Source: an uncultured bacterium (GTDB taxonomy: Bacteria > Verrucomicrobiota > Verrucomicrobiia > Limisphaerales > UBA8199). From it: a DNA stretch of 64,000 bases. A program made the position numbers and the translations under genes. Shown here in pieces: positions 31,625 to 42,731 of this stretch (within the stretch, counting starts at the first letter, position 1; each line of letters starts with the position of its first letter). The notes beneath the pieces were generated by a model, which was given only the letters and a program-made list of their open reading frames with translations, was not told where the DNA came from and did no database searches. The stretch lies in contig CAVVMW010000004.1 in assembly GCA_963749495.1 (NCBI GenBank), positions 1-64,000 on the forward strand, read 5' to 3'.

Positions 31625-31705
31625 TTTTGTCGCAGCCTTTGTCGAAACCTTTGTCGAAATCCGGCTGAGCTCGACGAAGGTTGCGACAAAGGCTGCGACA
31701 AAGAC
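31625..31705. repeat. Palindromic element family C
   Basis: TTTGTCG x3 ... CGACAAAG. Confidence 0.8.
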
Positions 31706-31893
31706 ACCAAAGTCATCCAAAGTCGGGTGCCGTAGGGCCTTGCCCTGGGCCGGAATGAACCAGGCCGTTGGCCAATAATCATTTCGACCGGCTTAATCCA
31801 GCCATCACTGATTACTCTGCTCCGATCCTGCGGATCTTCAAGTCGGATTCAACGCTTGATTGTCTTGGCGCCGGCGAGTATGAATTCCGGGTT

Positions 31894-33093
31894 ATGTTTG
31901 TGCGTTGTTACGCAGACAATTACCGATGCTTCGGGAACTTCACTTTGGCGCTTGAGCCGCTGTCGGTCCTTCTGGGCGCCAACGGTTCGGGCAAATCCAA
32001 TGTCGTGGGGTTATTTGCCAACCTGCGTGATTTCATCCTGGGGCGGGGGCGCTCCCTCGATTTGTTTCCACCCGAGACTTTGACGCGATGGGACAAGCGC
32101 ATCGAGCAAACTTTCGAACTTGGCCTGAAGCTTGAGCCGGGGGAGTACACCTACCGCCTCCGAATCCGGCACGAGGCTCCGGAACGAGCGCTCAACAAGG
32201 TGGTTGAGGAGAAGTTGATCCTGGATGGGAGGCCGCTGCTCGCCGCGGATCTTCAGGGCATTCAACTCTACAACGATAGGCATGCTCCGGGACCCATACT
32301 GCAGCCCGATTGGCACGTCTCGGGCATCTCCCGCATCTACCCGCGAGGCGACAACCGGAAGTTGACGGCCTTCCGCCGCACCATCGAAGACACGCTCGTC
32401 CTGGCGCTTAACCCAGCCTTGGTGAGCGCGGTCAGCGCGGAGAAGCACCCGGTTACCATTCCCAAACCGGATTGCTCCGATTTCGCCGGTTGGCTGCAGG
32501 AGGTCTCTTCCACGCAAGCCCTCGCCAGACAGGAAGCCGAACAGGCGCTGGCGAAAGGGGGGTTGCCCGGCTTCCTTTTGTTCCAAGCCCCCCGGTCCGG
32601 GGATGCCCAGATCTTGGAGTGCATCTTTGAGTCCGGTTTGAAATTCCGACTGGATGAGCTTTCCTACGGCCAAATCGCGTTGGTGATCTTGGAAACAGCC
32701 CTCGCGGTGCTCAATGATCGGCACGGCATCCTCGTCCTTGACGAACCCGGGAACTTTCTCGGTCTGGGCGAGATTCAACCCCTCTTGACGCGCCTTCAAG
32801 ACGCCGCCCTCGAGGGGCGTTTCCAGGTGATCCTGACCGCTCACCACCCGATCGCCGTGGATTTTCTTGCCGGCGGTCACGGGCTGTGGCTGGAGCGCGA
32901 GCCTGGCGGACCCACGCGGGTGCACCAGATTCGCGTTGCTCCGAGCGTGCTTGAGGATAAGGAGGGGGTGCGGGTCTCAGACCTGATCGCTCGCGGGTGG
33001 CTATCGGAATTGGGAATTCAACCGTCCGGCGTTCCGTCCTCTGTTGGCACGGAGGAAGGAGTAGGCGCCCCTAACGCCTCCCAAGGCACGTGA
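31894..33093 (+). CDS. AAA_21/ABC-type ATPase (non-transporter)
   Basis: NYRCF, GANGSGKS, LSYGQ, LVLDEP, TAHHP; no TM segments. Confidence 0.85.
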   Translation: MFVRCYADNYRCFGNFTLALEPLSVLLGANGSGKSNVVGLFANLRDFILGRGRSLDLFPPETLTRWDKRIEQTFELGLKLEPGEYTYRLRIRHEAPERALNKVVEEKLILDGRPLLAADLQGIQLYNDRHAPGPILQPDWHVSGISRIYPRGDNRKLTAFRRTIEDTLVLALNPALVSAVSAEKHPVTIPKPDCSDFAGWLQEVSSTQALARQEAEQALAKGGLPGFLLFQAPRSGDAQILECIFESGLKFRLDELSYGQIALVILETALAVLNDRHGILVLDEPGNFLGLGEIQPLLTRLQDAALEGRFQVILTAHHPIAVDFLAGGHGLWLEREPGGPTRVHQIRVAPSVLEDKEGVRVSDLIARGWLSELGIQPSGVPSSVGTEEGVGAPNASQGT

Positions 33094-33671
33094 GCCGGGT
33101 TTCCAAGATCATTCTGGTCCACGAGGGTTGGCGTGATTCCGCTTTCGCCCGGGGCTTTCTGGGAGCCGCAGGCATCGATAGCCGCGCTCTGGAGCTCAGG
33201 CCAAATCCGGGGGGTTCCGGGCATGACTGGGTAAAGAAACAATTCGCGGCGGAGGTCGCTAATCTGGCGCGGTTCGTAGAGGGCAGAGGTGTTCTGGCGC
33301 TCCTGGACGAGGACGGGCGCGGAGTTGCCGTGCGTCAAGGCGAAGTCGAAGAATTATTGAAGAAACGCGATCTTCCTCCGGTCTCTGCCCACGAAGGCCG
33401 ATGCCTTCTGCTCCCAACGCGGAATTTGGAGACGTGGCTTTACTGGCTCTCAGCCCACCGGCATGGCTCCTCGCTGGATGTCAATGAGGTGACAGACTAC
33501 AAGAAGGAAGGCCCTCCCCATGGCGCCCAGCGCGTTCGGAACCAGGATTGTCGACCGGCCGGGGAAACCCTCCATACGCTCGACCATACCCAGTCTCCGC
33601 AGGGCTGCCCGCCCATGCTCGTGCGTGCCCTGGATCAATTGCGGGGCTTTCTCATGGCTGTCCGTCGCTGA
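33090..33671 (+). CDS. ATPase partner, TOPRIM-like/DUF4276-like
   Basis: LVHEGWRD, LLDED, NLETWL; GTGA overlap with the ATPase stop. Confidence 0.6.
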   Translation: MSRVSKIILVHEGWRDSAFARGFLGAAGIDSRALELRPNPGGSGHDWVKKQFAAEVANLARFVEGRGVLALLDEDGRGVAVRQGEVEELLKKRDLPPVSAHEGRCLLLPTRNLETWLYWLSAHRHGSSLDVNEVTDYKKEGPPHGAQRVRNQDCRPAGETLHTLDHTQSPQGCPPMLVRALDQLRGFLMAVRR

Positions 33672-33767
33672 CACGCTCAGTCGCTCTCGCGCCCATGCGT
33701 GGGAAGGTCGGCAGGGTCTATCTCGAAGCGGGTTGTCAGGCACAGGGACAGGCGGCATGATAGCGGC

Positions 33768-34508
33768 GTGCATTTGGCTTTGTGGCAGTGGCTCCTGCTG
33801 GCGCTGGGGGCGTTCTTCACCGGTTTGTCCAAGACGGGCATTGCCGGGTTGGGCGTGCTGCCGGTGGGGCTCTTTGCCAACGCCCTGCCGCCCCGCGCCT
33901 CGACCGGCGCCCTGCTGCCGGTGCTGTTGTGCGCGGACCTGTTCGGAGTCGCCTTCTTCCGCAAGCACGCCAGTTGGCCGCACCTGTGGCGGCTCTTTCC
34001 ATGGGTCCTGGCCGGCATCGTGGCGGGCTATTTTGCCCTCGGCCGAGTGGGTGACCTCGAGATGAAGCGGCTCATCGCGGCCATCCTGCTGGCGATGGTG
34101 GGGCTTCATTGCTGGCGCCGGCGCCGGCCCGATTCGCCCGACGCCCGGATGCCGCACACCTGGTGGTTTGCGGCCCTCACCGGCATTCTGGCCGGGTTCA
34201 CCACCATGGTTGCCAACGCCGCCGGGCCGGTCATGGGGCTCTACCTCCTGGCCATCGGCCTGCCAAAACTGGCCTTTATCGGCACAGGGGCCTGGTTTTT
34301 CATGCTCGTCAACGCCAGCAAAGTCCCCTTCAGCCTGAAATTGCGCCTGATCACCGGCGACTCCCTCCTGCTGGACGCGGTGCTGGCAATCCCCATGATA
34401 CCGGGCGCCCTGCTGGGACCTGTCATCCTCCGGCACATCAACCAGCGCGCCTTCGAGTCCATGGTCCTTGTCTTCACCGTCGTGGCGGCATTGCGGTTGC
34501 TCTTCTGA
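33768..34508 (+). CDS. TauE/SafE (TSUP) family membrane transporter
   Basis: TGLSKTGIAG, STGALLP, ANAAGP, FIGT, VNASKVPF. Confidence 0.85.
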   Translation: MHLALWQWLLLALGAFFTGLSKTGIAGLGVLPVGLFANALPPRASTGALLPVLLCADLFGVAFFRKHASWPHLWRLFPWVLAGIVAGYFALGRVGDLEMKRLIAAILLAMVGLHCWRRRRPDSPDARMPHTWWFAALTGILAGFTTMVANAAGPVMGLYLLAIGLPKLAFIGTGAWFFMLVNASKVPFSLKLRLITGDSLLLDAVLAIPMIPGALLGPVILRHINQRAFESMVLVFTVVAALRLLF

Positions 34509-34701
34509 GAGCGGGACCAGGCCGCGGCTGGTTGCAGGTTGGCCATGTCTGCAATTTGTCGCGAGGCACGACGCACGAGCAAGCGCGCCTGCACCGGGGT
34601 CAATAGGTGGGCTGACAGCTCCAGCGGCGGCGAGGGTTGGCCTTTACATCCCCCCCTACGCCGGCTTAGTGTGGGGTGCTCCCGTGAGGACGCGAGAGCG
34701 A

Positions 34702-35087
34702 ATGAAGCTGCTGGACGAACTCAAAGAGCGCATGAATGAAGTGCCTGCCGATCAACTCACGTTCGAGTGGTTTTCAGCCCTGCTGAGGACCAAGTTCCGG
34801 GTTCACGCTGAGCCTTCGGGAGAGTTGGAGTTGGAACTTGTGGAAGCTGCAATCGCTCTGTCCAAAGCGGGAGGCCGCAGCCCCAGCGGAGCGGCCAAGC
34901 TGGAAGGATTCTCGCTCATCTTCACCGGCCCGGGCGACCGCCTGCTGCCGCAGGGCACGTACCGGTTCGAGCATGACCAAGAGGGGCGGTTCGACTTGTT
35001 CATGGTGCCGGTGGGCCGGGGCCGGATGCCATCCAATACCAGGTAGTCTTCAACCGGCTCATCCCCGACGCCCAGCCGCCCGGCTGA
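34702..35087 (+). CDS. DUF6916-like protein (frameshift ~35022)
   Basis: LELVEA, FSLIFTGP...LPQGTYRFEH...FDLFMVPVG...YQVVFN. Confidence 0.75.
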
Positions 35088-35219
35088 AACGGAGGGCATC
35101 CCCCAAGACTTGCCCGCCGAAGGGCGTCTCCAGCGCGAGAGCGGCCTCGCACGCCATCACGCCCCCACGGTCCCCGCAGAGAACACCGTCGTCGGACGTT
35201 TTTCTTGTGCGATCCCTAA

Positions 35220-35381
35220 GTGGGCCGTTTCATAAATACGCTGACGTAGGCGGCGAGGGATTTTTCGTGCAGACGAGGCGGGAGCGAGGAGCATATCCGC
35301 AGTGATACGTGACGAGCAACCAACGAAGTCTGCGCGAAAAAGAACCGCCGAATACGTTAGCGTATTTATGAAACGGCCCAC
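35220..35381. mobile_element. 162-bp MITE with 29-bp TIRs and TAA target duplication
   Basis: GTGGGCCGTTTCATAAATACGCT(G/A)ACGTA at both ends, 1 mismatch; TAA at 35217-35219 and 35382-35384. Confidence 0.85.
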
Positions 35382-35899
35382 TAAGCCGGTGCCCCATCCC
35401 GCGCGCGCCATTCCAGACTCTCGTAGAGCCCGTCGTCGCCAGTCTGCGTGAAGCCCAGGCGTTCATAAAGGGGGCGTGCCCGGCTGCCCTTGAGCACGCG
35501 CAGGCACAGGGGCCGGTTGGCTTGCGCCGCTTCGCCGGTCCATTGCCGCAGCAGGCGCGTCCCGATGCCTCGGTTTCGCTCGGGCCCCAGCAGCGCCAGG
35601 TCCACCAGGTGGATCGCCTCGCCGCTCCGGTCAACCACGGCTCGCCCGACGGGGCGGCCGTCCAACAGAATGATCGCGAACTGGGCGTCCGGGAACATGC
35701 CGCGGTAGCCCTGCCGCATCGCTCGAAACTGCATGTCCAGGAAACGGCCGCGTGTGGCGGCATCCCATCCGACCGCGGCCAATTCTTCCTCCCGCGTGCT
35801 GGCGTACACAGCCAAAAGGAAGGCATCATCCTCGGCACGCTCGGGCCTTAGCGTGATGGCCGGGGCCGGGCACAATGAATCCGTGGGGCCGTCTTTCAT
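35381..35899 (-). CDS. GNAT N-acetyltransferase
   Basis: LLAVYASTREEEL, DLALLGPERNRGIGT, ARPLYERLGF. Confidence 0.9.
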   Translation of the reverse strand: MKDGPTDSLCPAPAITLRPERAEDDAFLLAVYASTREEELAAVGWDAATRGRFLDMQFRAMRQGYRGMFPDAQFAIILLDGRPVGRAVVDRSGEAIHLVDLALLGPERNRGIGTRLLRQWTGEAAQANRPLCLRVLKGSRARPLYERLGFTQTGDDGLYESLEWRARDGAPA

Positions 35900-36144
35900 T
35901 CAGGTGCAGGTTATCACAATTGGTTCTTGACATCAAAAGAAAAGTGAATTATGGGGAACAGGGTTTAGGAACTGATGAAAGGATGAAACTAACGCTTGCC
36001 AGGGCCATTCACGCGGCAGCGGCCTTCGCCGGCCGCGCCTGCCATGCCCCCCGGGGGGCGCGAGCCGCGCGTGGAGCGGGGCGTCTCTTTTCCGAACGAA
36101 CCCAACCGGCCCCGTCCCGCACCCCAGTCACTGATTTGTTTGCC

Positions 36145-36635
36145 ATGACCTCACGCCGACAATTCCTGCGCGATTCATCTCTCTTTGCCGCCGCCGCCCT
36201 GGTTCCCACCACCGCCCTGGCGGGGCCGATCCGCGGCCGGGCGACTGCGCTGGACCAGGTTCGTTTTGGGGCGTTCGCCGCGAATGTGGGGACACCCTTT
36301 TGGGTGCTCCAAGACCTGGGCAGGCGACTGGCCTCGAACTGGCGCAGGCCAAAGCGTGCCCGCCCCCGGCCAACGCCGTTCAAGCCGCGGCTCCCGATGC
36401 GTGGAACGAGAAGTTCTCACTGCTCTTTCGCGGTTTGCCCAGCCAACCCCTGGCGCAGGATACCTACCTTTTCGAACACCGCATGCTCGGCCGGTTTGCG
36501 ATGTTTATCGTCCCGATCGGTTCGCGGAATGCCGGCTACCGGCTCTATGAGGCGATCTTCAACCGCCCGGTGGGGCGCTCCGCGCGGCTCGGAGAGACGC
36601 GCATGAACCAGCAACTGGAAACCATTAGAGAATAA
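36145..36635 (+). CDS. Tat-signal DUF6916-like protein (frameshift ~36320)
   Basis: MTSRRQFLR; FSLLFRG...LAQDTYLFEH..LGRFAMFIVPIG...YEAIFN. Confidence 0.75.
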
Positions 36636-36646
36636 AATAGAGAAAT

Positions 36647-37162
36647 ATGTCACAACCGTTTATTGGCGATGTCAGGATGTTTGCGGGCAACTTCGCGCCC
36701 ACGGGTTACGCTTTCTGCGATGGGCGATTGCTTCAAATCTCGCAGTTCACAGCGCTCTTCGCCCTCATCGGCACGACCTACGGCGGCAACGGCCAGAACA
36801 CGTTCGCCTTGCCGGACCTGCGAGGGCGAGTCCCGGTGCACATGGGCACGGGCGGCGGCGGCACGTATGTCCAGGGTCAGATGGCGGGCAAGGAGAACGT
36901 GACGGTGATCACCTCAGAACTTCCGCAGCACAATCATGCGGCCAAAGCCGACCCCAACACCGGCGCGCAAACGAGCCCGGCTGGCAACGTGTGGGCAGCA
37001 TCAACCAATAACCCGTACGCGGCGTACGCAAACAGTGACCTGCCGATGGCGGGTGTCGCACTGGGGGGTGCGGGCGGCAGCCAACCGCATGACAACATGA
37101 TCCCGTTCGTGGCGATCAACTTCATCATCGCGCTCTTCGGCGTTTTCCCGAGCCGAAACTAG
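36647..37162 (+). CDS. Phage tail-collar domain protein 1 (Mdp-like)
   Basis: PFIGDVRMFAGNFAP.G...CDG, LIGTTYGG.G..TFALPDLRGR, ELPQHNH, FPSRN. Confidence 0.9.
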   Translation: MSQPFIGDVRMFAGNFAPTGYAFCDGRLLQISQFTALFALIGTTYGGNGQNTFALPDLRGRVPVHMGTGGGGTYVQGQMAGKENVTVITSELPQHNHAAKADPNTGAQTSPAGNVWAASTNNPYAAYANSDLPMAGVALGGAGGSQPHDNMIPFVAINFIIALFGVFPSRN

Positions 37163-37203
37163 GTCCAGAAACACCGCAAACCGCAAACCTGCCAAGCAAG
37201 CCT

Positions 37204-37704
37204 ATGTCCACACCATTTCTCGGAGAAATCCGCATCGTCTCTTTCGGTTTCGCCCCACAGGGTTGGGCGACCTGCGACGGCCAGTTAGTGCCGATTAACC
37301 AGAATCAGGCCCTGTTTGCGATCCTGGGCACGACCTACGGCGGCAATGGGACCACCACCTTCGCGCTGCCAGACTTCCGGGGCCGCGTCCCGATGCACGC
37401 CGGCTCTGGGTTCGTGGAGGGCCAAAGCGCGGGAGAGCCGAACCATACCCTGCTGCCAAGCGAGATTCCGGCGCACACGCACCTGCCCGCGGGCAGTTCG
37501 AACAGCGCCACCCAGGCCAGTCCGGACGGCGCCTTTTGGGCGGTCACCTCCAGCGGCAGCTATTCGGGCAGCACCCCAACAACCACTCTGGCGCCCCAAG
37601 CGATTGCCATGGCTGGCGGCGGCCAGCCGCACGAAAACATGTCCCCCTACCTCACCCTCGCTTTCTGCATCGCGCTGCAAGGAATTTTCCCCAGCCGCAA
37701 CTAA
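37204..37704 (+). CDS. Phage tail-collar domain protein 2
   Basis: PFLGEIR, LGTTYGG, LPDFRGR, EIPAHTH, FPSRN. Confidence 0.9.
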   Translation: MSTPFLGEIRIVSFGFAPQGWATCDGQLVPINQNQALFAILGTTYGGNGTTTFALPDFRGRVPMHAGSGFVEGQSAGEPNHTLLPSEIPAHTHLPAGSSNSATQASPDGAFWAVTSSGSYSGSTPTTTLAPQAIAMAGGGQPHENMSPYLTLAFCIALQGIFPSRN

Positions 37705-37722
37705 CAACCAAGCGCACTTTTT

Positions 37723-38248
37723 ATGTCCGACCCATATCTCGGTGAGATCAGAATCTTCGCTGGCAACTTCGCGCCCAAAGGTTGGGCTCTGTGCAATGGC
37801 CAGATCCTGCCCATCTCTCAGAATACGGCCCTTTTTTCGATCCTGGGAACCACCTACGGTGGCAACGGGACCAGCAACTTTGGGCTGCCGAACCTCCAAG
37901 GGGCCGCGCCGCTGGGCGCCGGCCAGGGCCCGGGGATGACACAACGAGACTTGGGTGAGATCGGCGGCGAGTCATCCGTTACGCTCACCCAGGTGGAAAT
38001 GCCAACCCACACACACGGGACCATCGGCAGCAACGCTGCCGGGGGCCAGCCCCCAGCGAACAACGTCTGGTCCAAGCCCAGCCAGAGAGGCCTCAACGCC
38101 TATAACCCGGCTCAGGGGACCCCGGCAACGATCGAGCCCGAACGCGGTTTCGATGACCGGCGGCGGATTGCCCCACAACAACCTGATGCCTTACCTGGTG
38201 GTCAACTTTATCATCGCCATGCAGGGCGTATTCCCGTCGCGCAACTAA
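37723..38248 (+). CDS. Phage tail-collar domain protein 3 (frameshift ~38135)
   Basis: PYLGEIR, LPNLQG, EMPTHTH, PHNNLMP...FPSRN in shifted frame. Confidence 0.85.
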
Positions 38249-38337
38249 TTCCAATAAGCAGCGCAAGCCCGGCCTGTGCGGGCTGGACGCCCTTGAAACT
38301 CAACGCCCGATGAAATCGATTCTCCCGGTCTAGACCC

Positions 38338-41300
38338 ATGAGATCCACGCCCCCGCTCTCCTGGCTGGCAGCCGTTGTCTTGCTGGCCCAAGGCGCCTAC
38401 GCTGCCAGCACCCTCACCGTCAACACCACGTCGGATACCCACAGCGTGGGCTTCTCCTCGGCCCCCGGTTCCGCGGCTCCGACGGCTTCCACGGCCTCGA
38501 CGGACAGCGGCGGCCACACCTCCCTCCGTTCCGCGCTGGAATTTGCCTCCATCTCGGGGGGGACGTGGGTGATCAACCTGCCGGTCGGGACCTATAGCCT
38601 GAGCCTGGGCGACCTGGTGGTCGGAGTGGTTGCCGGCACGACCATCGCCGTCCAGGGCCAAGGCACGTCCGCCAACACCACCATTAACCAAACTCAAACC
38701 CACCGGATGGTGTTCGTGGTCAATTACAACGTCAATGCGAACGTGGTGTTCAACCTGGAGAACGTGACGCTCTCCGGCGGCAACGAGAACAGTTCCGACC
38801 CGGACGGGTTCGGGGGCAACGGGGGCGCGATCCTGGCCGGCGGCAGTGGCACTGCCCCCGGCAACGTGGTGGCACTAACCAACGTGGTGTTCTCCGGCAA
38901 CACGGCCAACGGCAACGCCAACGGGGGCGCCATCATCATGACCGGTGGCGGCAACCTGACCGTGGCCAACTGCACGTTCACCAGCAATCACGCCGGCGCG
39001 AGCGGGAGCGGGGCGGGGGGGGCGATCTATTTCGACGCCGATTTCAACCCCGGCAACGTTTCGATCAATAATTCGACTTTCTCCAACAACAGCGCGTCAG
39101 GCGCGAACGGCCTGGGCGGGGCAGTTTATCTGGCGAGCGGGAACGGCAATCCTTTCACCATTACCACGTGCACGTTCACCGGAAACACCGCGGCGACTCG
39201 GGGGGAGCGATTGATCTCGAGAGTGGCAATCTCACCGCGGATTTCAACCGGATCACCGGGAACACGGCGTCGGCCGGCAAGGGCAGCGGCCTTTTCGTGT
39301 TGAGCGCGGGCACGGGCTGGGCAGACGCGCGGAACAACTGGTGGGGGGGCAACCTCGGGCCGAACGGGACCGGCGGCGATTCCGTTGCCACTACCCTCAG
39401 CACAACGCCGCCAAGCAGTACGCCGCCGCTGAGCAACGGCCAGGTTTCCTTTAACCCCTGGATCACACTGATCAACAGCGCCAGCCCGGGAACGATCGGC
39501 GCCGGTGGGACCACCACCATGACCGCGAGCTTCCTCCAGAATTCCAGCAGCCAGGCCCTGACCGCCAGCCAGGTGGCCGCCCTGGTCGGGCTGCCGGTGA
39601 CTTGGAACGGGACGGTGCACGGCAGCTTTGGCAGCCAGCAGACCACGATTCAGGCCAACGGCTTGGCCACGGCCGACTTCGCCGCTGACGGGACCTGCAA
39701 CAGCGGGAGCGGCAACGCGGTGGTCGACAATGCGACCGCCACGGCCAGCGTCGCCCTTCTGCCATGCCCCGTGACCGTGACTGGCGCTGCGGCAAGCGAC
39801 AAGGTCTATGACGACACCACCATCGCCACCCTCGATCTGTCGGGCGCGGCCTTGAGCGGCGTTGACCCTGGAGACACGGTGACCCTCAACATCGCCGGCG
39901 CGGCGGGCGCGTTCGCCGACAAGAACGTGGGCACGGGCAAAACGGTGACTGTCTCCGGCTTGAGCCTGGCAGGTCCGGATGCCGGGAAATACTCGCTGAC
40001 ACAACCCAGTCTGACGGCCGACATCACCGCCGCGACGGTGACGATCACCTCGGGCCTGACGGCGAACAACAAGATTTATGACGGCACGACCACGGCGACG
40101 CTGAGTTCCAACAACGTGGTGCTGGCCGGCGTCGTGGCCCCAGACGCGGGCAACGTCGCGCTCTCGACCAACGGCTACACCGCCGCCTTTGCCAACTCGG
40201 CGGTGGGCAGTGGCAAGACTGTCACGGTGAACGGTTTGACGCTGACGGGCATTGCGGCGGCCAGTTACTCGCTGACGCAGCCGGCGGCGACCGCCAACAT
40301 TACGGCGGCCCCCTTGCTGGTGAGCGCGGACGATCAGGCACGGGCGTTCGGCCACACCAACCCGGTGTGGACGGTCAGCTACAGCGGCTTCGTCCCCGGG
40401 GAGGATTCCAGCAGCCTGGGCGGCAGTTTGAGTTTCAGCTTCTCAGACACGAACGGAGTGGGCCCGCTCAGCATTGAGACCAACACCACAGTGGGGACCT
40501 ACGTCATTGTTCCCGGCGGCTTGACCTCCGGCACTTACGCCCTCGCCTACAGCCCGGGCACGTTACAGATAACCCAGGCAGTCCTGACGGTGGCCGTGGA
40601 CCTGGCGGCGAAAGTCTATGGCATGGCCAATCCAGCCTTCAGCGTGACGTTTTCCGGTTTCCTCAACGGCGATGACGCCAGCGTCGTCAGCGGCACTCCG
40701 CAGTTGAGCACCTCCGCCGGCGTCGCCAGTTCCGTGGGACGCTATGACGTTCTCGTCGCGCTGGGCACGCTGAGCGCGACCAACTACAGTTTTGGCTTCG
40801 CCAAGGGCACACTCATCGTGCTCCCGGCCATGCCTGTCGTCACCTGGACCAATCCCGCGCCCATCACCTACGGCGCCGCCCTGAGCGCGGTTCAATTGAA
40901 TGCCACCGCCAGCGTCCCCGGGAGCGTGGTGTACAGCCCGCCCGCGGGAACCGTGCTTCCCGCCGGAACCAATACGCTTTCACTGGTGTTCTCGCCCACT
41001 GATGCCACCGACTACAACAGCCTGGCCACCAGCGTCACCCTGGTCGTCCTGCCGGCCCCGCTCACCATCACGGCCAACAACGCCGCGCGTCCCTATGGCG
41101 CTGCCAACCCGGCCTTCACCGGCACGATTGCCGGCATCCAGAACGGCGACAATATCAGCGCGACCTACAGTTGCAGCGCCAGCATCACCACTGCCCCCGG
41201 CGCTTACACCATCGTCCCGGCCCCGGCCAGCCCGAGCAACCTCCAAACCAATTATCAGGTTACGCTCGTTAACGGCACGCTCACGGTCACCCCAGCCACT

Positions 41301-42728
41301 CCCACCGTCACCTGGACCAATCCCGCGCCCATCACCTACGGCGCCGCCCTGAGCGCGGTTCAACTGAATGCCACCGCCAGCGTCCCCGGGAGCGTGGTGT
41401 ACAGCCCGCCCGCCGGAACCGTGCTTCCCGCCGGGACCAATACCCTGTCCCTGGTGTTCTCACCCACTGACGCCACCGACTACAGCAGCCTGACCGCCAG
41501 CGTCACCCTTGTCGTGCTGCCGGCGCCTTTGACCATCACGGCCCACGATGCCACGCGGCTCTATGGCGCCGCCAACCCGGCCTTCACCGGCACGATTACC
41601 GGCATCCAGAACGGCGACAATATCACGGCCACCTACACTTGCAGCGCCGGCCCCACCACTGCCCCCGGCGCTTACCCCATCGTCCCGGCCCCGGTCAGCC
41701 CGAGCAACCTCCAAACCAATTATCAGGTTGCGCTCGTTAACGGCACGCTCACGGTCACCCCAGCCACTCCCACCGTCACCTGGACCAATCCCGCGCCCAT
41801 CACCTACGGCGCCGCCCTGAGCGCGGTTCAACTGAATGCCACCGCCAGCGTCCCCGGGAGCGTGGTGTACAGCCCGCCCGCGGGAACCGTGCTCCCCGCC
41901 GGGACCAATACCCTGTCACTGGTGTTCTCACCCACTGATGCCACCGACTACAACAGCCTGACCACCAGCGTCACCCTGGTCGTGCTGCCGGCGCCTTTGA
42001 CCATCACGGCCCACGATGCCACGCGGCTCTATGGCGCCGCCAACCCGGCCTTCACCGGCACGATCACCGGCGTCCAGAACGGCGACAATATCACGGCCAC
42101 CTACACTTGCAGCGCCGGCCCCACCACGGCCCCCGGCGCTTACCCCATCGTCCCGGCCCCGGTCAGCCCGAGCAACCTCCAAACCAATTATCAGGTTGCG
42201 CTCGTTAACGGCACGCTCACCGTGCTCCCGGCCAACCCGCCGGCCGTGGTCTCCCAGCCCACAAACCAGGTCGTTGGTTTGGGCCAAATGGTGATCTTTG
42301 CCGTGGGGGCCACGGGCACTGGGCCGCTGAGCTATCAATGGCAAGTCAACGGCGCCAACCTCGCGGATAGCGGCCGAATCACGGGCTCACAAAGTAATCT
42401 TCTGGGCGTTTCCGGCGTGTTAGCCAGCGATGCGGGCAACTATCAAGCCGTCATCACCAATGCCTATGGCTCGGCCACCAGCGCCGCGGCCACGCTCACG
42501 ATTGTCCTGCCGCCGCTAATCCAAGCGGTGACGCAGACCGATGGCACAATCACGCTTAGCTGGAGCGCTACGGCGGGGCAGCGGTATCAAGTGCAGTACG
42601 CCACCGATTTGAGTCCAGCCGATTGGACCGATCTGGTCATCATCACCGCCACCAATTCCACCGCGACCGCATCCGATGCCCTGAGTTCTTCCACGCGGCG
42701 TTTCTATAGAACTGTTTGGTTGCCGTGA
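38338..42728 (+). CDS. Large secreted adhesin: GGAI beta-helix repeats, two YDG domains, MBG repeats, Ig domain (frameshift ~39200)
   Basis: Signal peptide; SLRSAL; GGAI/F..N repeats; KVYDD/KIYDG; YGAANPAFT...GTLTV; GTGPLSYQWQ; ends RRFYRTVWLP. Confidence 0.85.
40839..42220 (+). repeat. Three near-identical 468-bp (156-aa) tandem units in the adhesin
   Basis: GTCACCTGGACCAATCCC at 40839, 41307 and 41775. Confidence 0.95.
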
Positions 42729-42731
42729 TAA

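Noticed and set aside
36647..38248. Prophage, tailocin or contractile injection system
   Set aside because: No capsid, terminase, integrase, sheath, tube, baseplate or lysis genes nearby
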